NCBI GenBank assembly: GCA_003531155.1
Contig: DQHR01000078.1
Span: 351-36,117, forward strand
Direction of reading: 5' to 3'
DNA length: 35,767 nucleotides
Origin: Bacteroidales bacterium
GTDB lineage: Bacteria; Bacteroidota; Bacteroidia; Bacteroidales; Tenuifilaceae
Positions 31,085 through 35,767 of the stretch are shown here, piece by piece (positions within the stretch are counted from its first letter, which is position 1; every line of letters begins with the position of its first letter). The position numbers and the translations under genes were made by a program. The notes below the pieces were generated by a model, which was given only the letters and a program-made list of their open reading frames with translations, made no database searches and had not been told where the DNA came from.

Positions 31085-32953
31085 ATGAAGGCTCTAATTC
31101 TAGCAGGAGGAAAAGGTACTCGTTTGGGCGAAAAAACACAACTTACGCCTAAGCCAATGCTGCTAATAGGCGAGAAGCCCGTTTTGCAGCATCAGGTTGA
31201 ACTTTTTAAGAGCTACGGAATTACCGATATAACTTTTTTGGTAAATCACCTAAGCGAATCCATAGTTGAGCACTTTGGAGATGGGAGCGCGCTAGGTGTC
31301 AGGATATCTTATTACAATGAGCGTGAACCACTAGGAACAGCAGGCGGGTTAAAGGATTTAGAGGGGATTTTATCGGAAGATTTTATTCTCCTTTACGGCG
31401 ATGTTATGCTAAATATGGATTTAAGCCGTTTGTTAGATTTTCATCAGGCAAAAAATAGCGAGTGCACGGTTGTTGTTCACCCCAATGATCATCCGCAGGA
31501 TAGTGATTTGGTTGAGATAGATGATAGTAGGCGAGTTACTGAGTTTCATTCTAAACCTCATGCTGAAGGGAAATTTTATAGAAATCTCGTAAATGCTGGA
31601 CTTTACGTTATGAGTCCATCAATTCTTCGTTATATAAAAAGGGGTAAGAAGGCTGATTTCGGGCACGATATTTTCCCTAATATCTGCAGAAAGATAAATA
31701 TGTTTGGCTACAATACAGCCGAATATTTAAAGGATATGGGTACTCCGGCAAGGCTCGAAAAGGTAACCTCCGATTATTTGTCGGGTAGAATTGAAAGATC
31801 TAGCTATAAATACAAACGAGCATGTATATTCCTCGACCGTGATGGAGTTATAAATGAAGATACTGATCTGATTTCGCGCCACGAGGATTTAAATATTTTT
31901 GAGTTTGTTCCAGAGGCAATTAAGCGAATAAATCAATCGGAATACCTTTCAGTAGTTATTACCAATCAGAGTGTTGTGGCTCGAAACCTTTGCAGTTATG
32001 ATGAAGTAAAGGTTATTCACAATAAAATGGAAGCGCTGCTAGGTGAGCAAGGTGCATATTTAACAGGAATCTATTTTTGCCCTCACCATCCTGATGGCGG
32101 TTTCCCGGGCGAGAATGTGAATTATAAAGTTAACTGCTCTTGTCGTAAACCAAAACCGGGCATGCTGCTCGAAGCTGCAAAGGAGTTCAATATCAATTTG
32201 CAAAAATCGTGGATGGTTGGCGACTCCGATAGGGACATAAAGGCTGGTCGTGCTGCAGGTTGTAAAACAATTGCTGTTCGCACTGGAAGGAGCACGCATA
32301 CTAGCAAACTTTATCCCGATTACTGGTTTGAGGACTTAACCGAGGCTGTTTCGTTTATTCTTGGCAACCCTTACCAAAAAGTAGTTGAAAAAGTTGATAA
32401 GCATGTTGTGAAAAATGGCGTAAAGCCATTTGTAATTGCAGTTGGGGGTAGGGCTCGTTCAGGGAAGAGTTCGCTGAGCAAAAATATTGAGCAATGGTTT
32501 GAGGGGCAAGGGAAAAAGGTACTTCATGTTGAACTCGATAAGTGGATTTTACCTCAGACGCAAAGGGGGAATGCAAAAAATGTTTTCGATAGATATCAAA
32601 TCCCATTGCTAACAAAGGATCTGCAATCGCTTATTAAAGGTAAAAAGGTTACAGCACCCGGATATACAATTGATCCAATGGCTGTGCATGAGCCTGTGAC
32701 ATATGATCCATCTGGCTTTGAGATAATAATTCTTGATGGAGTTGTTGCTCTCTCAATGCCTGAAATAAGGGAATTAACACACCAGAAATTGTTTGTTAAG
32801 ATTGATTCAGAGTTGCATAAACAAAGATTCTTTGACTATTATCATTGGCGCGGAAAAACCGAAAGTGAGATTTTCTATCTGTTTGAATCGCGTTTAAAGG
32901 ATGAGAATAAGTTAATAGATATGGATATTGATTATGCAGATATAGTAATTTAA
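31085..32953 (+). CDS. Tri-domain fusion: sugar-1-phosphate nucleotidyltransferase (HddC-like) + D,D-heptose-1,7-bisphosphate phosphatase (GmhB, HAD-IIIA) + uridine-kinase/PRK-like P-loop kinase
   Basis: - aa 1-~235: MKALILAGGKGTRLG...KPML...EPLGTAGG...YGD.
- aa ~245-425: IFLDRDGVIN, ITNQS, CPHHP...CSCRKPKPGML and VGDSDRDIKAG (GmhB motifs, including the Zn-site Cys/His).
- aa ~445-622: VGGRARSGKSS (P-loop, 32441-32473), IIILDGVVAL and LFVKIDSELHKQRFFDYYHWRG (Udk/PRK-like). Confidence 0.8.
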   Translation: MKALILAGGKGTRLGEKTQLTPKPMLLIGEKPVLQHQVELFKSYGITDITFLVNHLSESIVEHFGDGSALGVRISYYNEREPLGTAGGLKDLEGILSEDFILLYGDVMLNMDLSRLLDFHQAKNSECTVVVHPNDHPQDSDLVEIDDSRRVTEFHSKPHAEGKFYRNLVNAGLYVMSPSILRYIKRGKKADFGHDIFPNICRKINMFGYNTAEYLKDMGTPARLEKVTSDYLSGRIERSSYKYKRACIFLDRDGVINEDTDLISRHEDLNIFEFVPEAIKRINQSEYLSVVITNQSVVARNLCSYDEVKVIHNKMEALLGEQGAYLTGIYFCPHHPDGGFPGENVNYKVNCSCRKPKPGMLLEAAKEFNINLQKSWMVGDSDRDIKAGRAAGCKTIAVRTGRSTHTSKLYPDYWFEDLTEAVSFILGNPYQKVVEKVDKHVVKNGVKPFVIAVGGRARSGKSSLSKNIEQWFEGQGKKVLHVELDKWILPQTQRGNAKNVFDRYQIPLLTKDLQSLIKGKKVTAPGYTIDPMAVHEPVTYDPSGFEIIILDGVVALSMPEIRELTHQKLFVKIDSELHKQRFFDYYHWRGKTESEIFYLFESRLKDENKLIDMDIDYADIVI

Positions 32954-32960
32954 TTATCTA

Positions 32961-33037
32961 ACCACAATGGGCACCAAGGACACACTAAGGAATGTTTACT
33001 CTGTGAAACTCTGTGTGAACTCCGCGTCCTCTGTGTT
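32961..33037. repeat. Word-like intergenic repeat element (CTCTGTG / CACAGAG type)
   Basis: accacaatgggcaccaaggacacactaagg...tactctgtgaaactctgtgtgaactccgcgtcctctgtgtt, with ctctgtg at 32999, 33009 and 33029. From memory, this resembles a short intergenic repeat family seen in many Bacteroidota genomes. Confidence 0.5.
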
Positions 33038-33059
33038 ATAAAAAGTAAAAAGTTATTGA

Positions 33060-34046
33060 ATGATAATTACCCGAACACCATTTAGGATAAGCTTTGTAGG
33101 CGGCGGCTCCGATTTACGGGAGTTTTACTCCAAGCATCAGGGTGCTGTGCTTAGCACATCCATCAATAAATATATGTATATCTCATCTCATCGATTTTTC
33201 GAGGAGGATAAGATAAGAGCAAAATACTCAATTACCGAAACCGTTGAGAATATCGAGGAGCTTAAGCACGATATTATTCGTGAGGCCCTTAAGATGGTTA
33301 AGATTAAGGGTGGTGTTGAGATTAGCTCAATTGCCGATATCCCTGCCGGAACAGGAATGGGCTCGTCATCGGCATTTACTGTTGGTTTACTACACAACCT
33401 TAATGCAATAAAACGAGAATACGTTTCGAAGGAGATGCTTGCAGAGGCAGCTTGTCGTATGGAGATTGATGTGCTCAAAGAACCTATTGGTAAACAGGAT
33501 CAGTATGCTGCTGCATTTGGAGGTTTGAATATCTTTAGATTCAATGCAAACGAAACGGTTACCGTTGAGCCGCTTTACCTAAAGCAAGATGTTTATCAGC
33601 AGCTACAGGATAACCTTGTGCTATTTTACATTGGAAATGCTCGTAAAGCATCCGATATTCTTGTTGAGCAGAAGGATAATATGGCTAAGGCCGATAAGTT
33701 CTCTGTTTTAAAGGATATGGTTGCCCTCGTTGATGCTTTAAAAGATGTGCTTTACAAGGGAACAATCGATGAATTTGGGTTGTTACTGCATCAGAACTGG
33801 ATGCTTAAACAGCGTTTGGCTTCCAAAATTAGTAACGATAATATATCGGAACTTTATCAGCTAGGAATTAAGAACGGTGCTACTGGCGGAAAACTTCTTG
33901 GTGCAGGTGGTGGTGGATTTATGCTATTCTACTGCCCTAAGGAAAAACAAGCAGCGTTAATAAAAGCAATGCCGGCAAGGCATTTCGATTTTAAATTTGA
34001 CTTAGAAGGAACAAAATTAATTTACTTTGGCGATGAGTGGGCTTAA
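33060..34046 (+). CDS. hddA: GHMP-family sugar kinase, D-glycero-alpha-D-manno-heptose-7-phosphate kinase-like (HddA)
   Basis: 328 aa. N-terminus TRTPFRISFVGGGSDL and GHMP motif PAGTGMGSSSAFTVG, with GGKLLGAGGGGF near the C-terminus. It sits between GmhB/HddC-like and GmhA genes. Confidence 0.75.
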   Translation: MIITRTPFRISFVGGGSDLREFYSKHQGAVLSTSINKYMYISSHRFFEEDKIRAKYSITETVENIEELKHDIIREALKMVKIKGGVEISSIADIPAGTGMGSSSAFTVGLLHNLNAIKREYVSKEMLAEAACRMEIDVLKEPIGKQDQYAAAFGGLNIFRFNANETVTVEPLYLKQDVYQQLQDNLVLFYIGNARKASDILVEQKDNMAKADKFSVLKDMVALVDALKDVLYKGTIDEFGLLLHQNWMLKQRLASKISNDNISELYQLGIKNGATGGKLLGAGGGGFMLFYCPKEKQAALIKAMPARHFDFKFDLEGTKLIYFGDEWA

Positions 34047-34650
34047 ACACTATAATGATTATTTCAAACAGGTAAGCGATGTGCTAGCTAAGATTGATGC
34101 TTCGCAATTAGAATCAGTTGCAAATGCAATTGTAGAATGCTATAAGCGCGATGGCATGATTTACGTTTTTGGAAACGGAGGAAGTTCTGCTACCGCATCA
34201 CATGTGGCGGGCGATTACTTAAAAGCTATTACTCTTGGCATGGATAAGCGATTAAAAATTATCTGCTTAAGCGATAATACTCCCGGCTTAATGGCTATTG
34301 CCAATGATATGTCGTACGATGATATTTTTGTTGAACAGCTTAAGAGTTTCATCAAACCCGGTGATTTGGCCATAGGTATCTCGGGAAGTGGTAATTCTGA
34401 GAATGTGCTTCGCGCATTGAAATTAGCTAAGGAACGGAACGTTGAAACTATTTGTTTGGTTGGTTTCTCTGGGGGTAAGGCAAAATCGATGGTTGATATT
34501 TGCGTTCACATCCCAGTTAACGATATGGAAATGACAGAAGATTTACATCTTCTTTGCTTTCATGCAATAAAACAGCAACTAATCAAAACCATCAACACAA
34601 CCCAGACTGGCATGGGTGATAAGTACGATGCTAGGATGAAAGAGTGCTAA
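34033..34650 (+). CDS. gmhA: SIS-domain phosphoheptose isomerase (GmhA-like)
   Basis: Motifs VFGNGGSSATASHVAGD and GISGSGNSENV. The ORF track starts at TTG 34027. The ATG at 34033 (MSGLKHY...) is the more likely start and overlaps the hddA stop (34044-34046) by 14 nt. Confidence 0.8.
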   Translation: MSGLKHYNDYFKQVSDVLAKIDASQLESVANAIVECYKRDGMIYVFGNGGSSATASHVAGDYLKAITLGMDKRLKIICLSDNTPGLMAIANDMSYDDIFVEQLKSFIKPGDLAIGISGSGNSENVLRALKLAKERNVETICLVGFSGGKAKSMVDICVHIPVNDMEMTEDLHLLCFHAIKQQLIKTINTTQTGMGDKYDARMKEC

Positions 34651-34654
34651 ACTA

Positions 34655-34803
34655 GTTGTCAGTGTTTGGTTGACAGTGGACAGTAATTGTTCTAAATTTC
34701 ATGTAAAATGTCATCCTGAGCACCCGCCTGCCAAGGCGTAGCAACGGACAGGCAGCGAAGAATCTAAATATCTGTAATTATAGATGCTTCAGCATGACAA
34801 AAG
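34655..34803. repeat. Composite REP/MITE-like palindromic element between gmhA and the GT2 gene
   Basis: ttgtcagtgtttggttgacagtggacagt is followed by the imperfect inverted pair atgtcatcctgagca (34708-34722) and tgcttcagcatgacaa (34785-34800), which flank ~60 nt containing gcctgcc...ggcagc. The right arm matches 22504-22534. Confidence 0.55.
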
Positions 34804-34833
34804 TTATTGTGAACGGTCAAATGGCCGATTAAC

Positions 34834-35767
34834 CTACACTAATGATTTATCCCTTCTAAGTATTAGCAGTTGAACAAAGTTGGCTATAAACCCACTTCCA
34901 TAACCACCAAACTGAGTAAATACAGCAATTATAGATAGAGCCCCAACTTTGGGGCTTTTGTTTTTTATGGTTGAGTCAACGAAAATTGCAGCAATGTATA
35001 TTGCTAACATTATTGACCATGCTGTAAATAGTTTTGTGCTGAATAATGGGGTAATGATGAGTAACAGAATTGCCATTAAAAAGAATGCAGGAAAGAAGTG
35101 GGTTATTTTTAACTCCTTTGGATATAGCTTGTAAATGTTAATACGAGCCGCGCCAAACCTGAAAACCTGACGAAAAAACGCTTTGAAAGTCGTTCTTCGT
35201 TTGTGATAAACGTAAGCTTCGGGGATTAGCCCAGTTTTAAAACCCATACTAATTATTCGTATGCTAAACTCAATATCTTCGGCGCATTTTAGCGATGAGT
35301 AGCCATTGGTTTTTTCAAAAACAGTTCTCGATATTCCCATGTTAAATCCACGTGGATGGAACTGTCCAACATGATTCTTCTTACCCCGTATACCTCCAGT
35401 TGTTAGTATTGAGGTCATTGAATAGCTGATGGCTTTTTGAAGCGGAGTAAACGATTCATCAGCAGCATCTGGTCCTCCAAAAGCATCAAAACTATTTGCT
35501 TTTAGCCCTTTCAGAACATTGTTTAGATACTCTTCAGGGAGAACGCAATCCGAATCTAAAAAGATAAAGTATTGCCCTTTTGCATGTTGACAACCAAGGT
35601 TTCTTGAGTCGCTAATGCCAAGGTAGGGTCTGTGCAGATGTTGTACATCCAACCTCGATTTGTAGTCTTCGATAATTGGAACCAGCTTCTCATCGGGCGT
35701 GCCATCTGCAAGGATTAGCTCAAAATCTTTGTTGGTTTGCTTGGTAAGGCTTGCCATCAGCTCATCA
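34834..35767 (-). CDS. Family-2 glycosyltransferase with C-terminal membrane segments (5' end outside the window)
   Basis: The frame stays open to the window edge; the Met at 35757 is internal (...LTKQTNKDFELILADG...). It has the DxD motif IFLDSDCVLP and typical GT2 spacing, followed by 2-3 hydrophobic helices (FFPAFFLMAILLLIITPLF, AWSIMLAIYIAAIF). Confidence 0.75.
   Translation of the reverse strand, partial: DELMASLTKQTNKDFELILADGTPDEKLVPIIEDYKSRLDVQHLHRPYLGISDSRNLGCQHAKGQYFIFLDSDCVLPEEYLNNVLKGLKANSFDAFGGPDAADESFTPLQKAISYSMTSILTTGGIRGKKNHVGQFHPRGFNMGISRTVFEKTNGYSSLKCAEDIEFSIRIISMGFKTGLIPEAYVYHKRRTTFKAFFRQVFRFGAARINIYKLYPKELKITHFFPAFFLMAILLLIITPLFSTKLFTAWSIMLAIYIAAIFVDSTIKNKSPKVGALSIIAVFTQFGGYGSGFIANFVQLLILRRDKSLV

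Noticed and set aside
1-35767. CRISPR arrays, rRNA/tRNA genes, IS elements, integrases, prophage or known defence-system genes
   Set aside because: None were found. There are no regularly spaced direct repeats with unique spacers, no transposase- or integrase-like ORFs, and every long ORF is accounted for by the calls above.

Overview
This looks like a Bacteroidota chromosomal segment. Support: type-A T9SS C-terminal sorting domains, TAnnTTTG promoter boxes, a Y_Y_Y/LytS kinase with a LytTR regulator, and word-like palindromic intergenic repeats. No database search was possible, so every call rests on motif recognition and hand translation.

The window has three parts.

(1) 1-12.0 kb, core genes: the 3' end of pyruvate:ferredoxin oxidoreductase, a propeller/Y_Y_Y LytS-type sensor kinase plus LytTR response regulator, ruvX, def, comEC, and on the minus strand a NuoE-like/NuoF-like/NuoG-FDH fusion operon (soluble cysteine-type formate dehydrogenase).

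(2) 12.0-30.0 kb, an accessory cell-surface block on the minus strand:
- A tight three-gene operon: a 905-aa PKD/tail-fibre-like protein, a 386-aa signal-peptide beta-propeller-like protein, and a 1910-aa T9SS cargo with an N-terminal M23 peptidase.
- Two tandem mini-lipoprotein genes (41 and 45 aa, shared C-x-K-x-x-C-P-A-Y motif). One is below the ORF-track length cutoff and the other is listed with a start that is too far upstream.
- A 2182-aa T9SS cargo built from lamin-tail, cadherin-like and Ig-like repeats.
- A 62-nt terminator module present twice, 10,616 bp apart, bracketing the three-gene operon.

(3) 30.3-35.8 kb: a Crp/Fnr-family regulator followed by a complete NDP-D-glycero-D-manno-heptose pathway (an unusual nucleotidyltransferase-GmhB-uridine-kinase-like triple fusion, HddA-like GHMP kinase, GmhA) and a convergent, truncated GT2 glycosyltransferase.

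I found no rRNA, tRNA, CRISPR array, transposase or integrase.

The best candidate for something undescribed is the M23/beta-propeller/tail-fibre operon, a possible secreted bacteriolytic module with an in-operon protector. After it come the mini-lipoprotein pair, the triple-fusion heptose enzyme and the nuclease-less lamin-tail giant protein.
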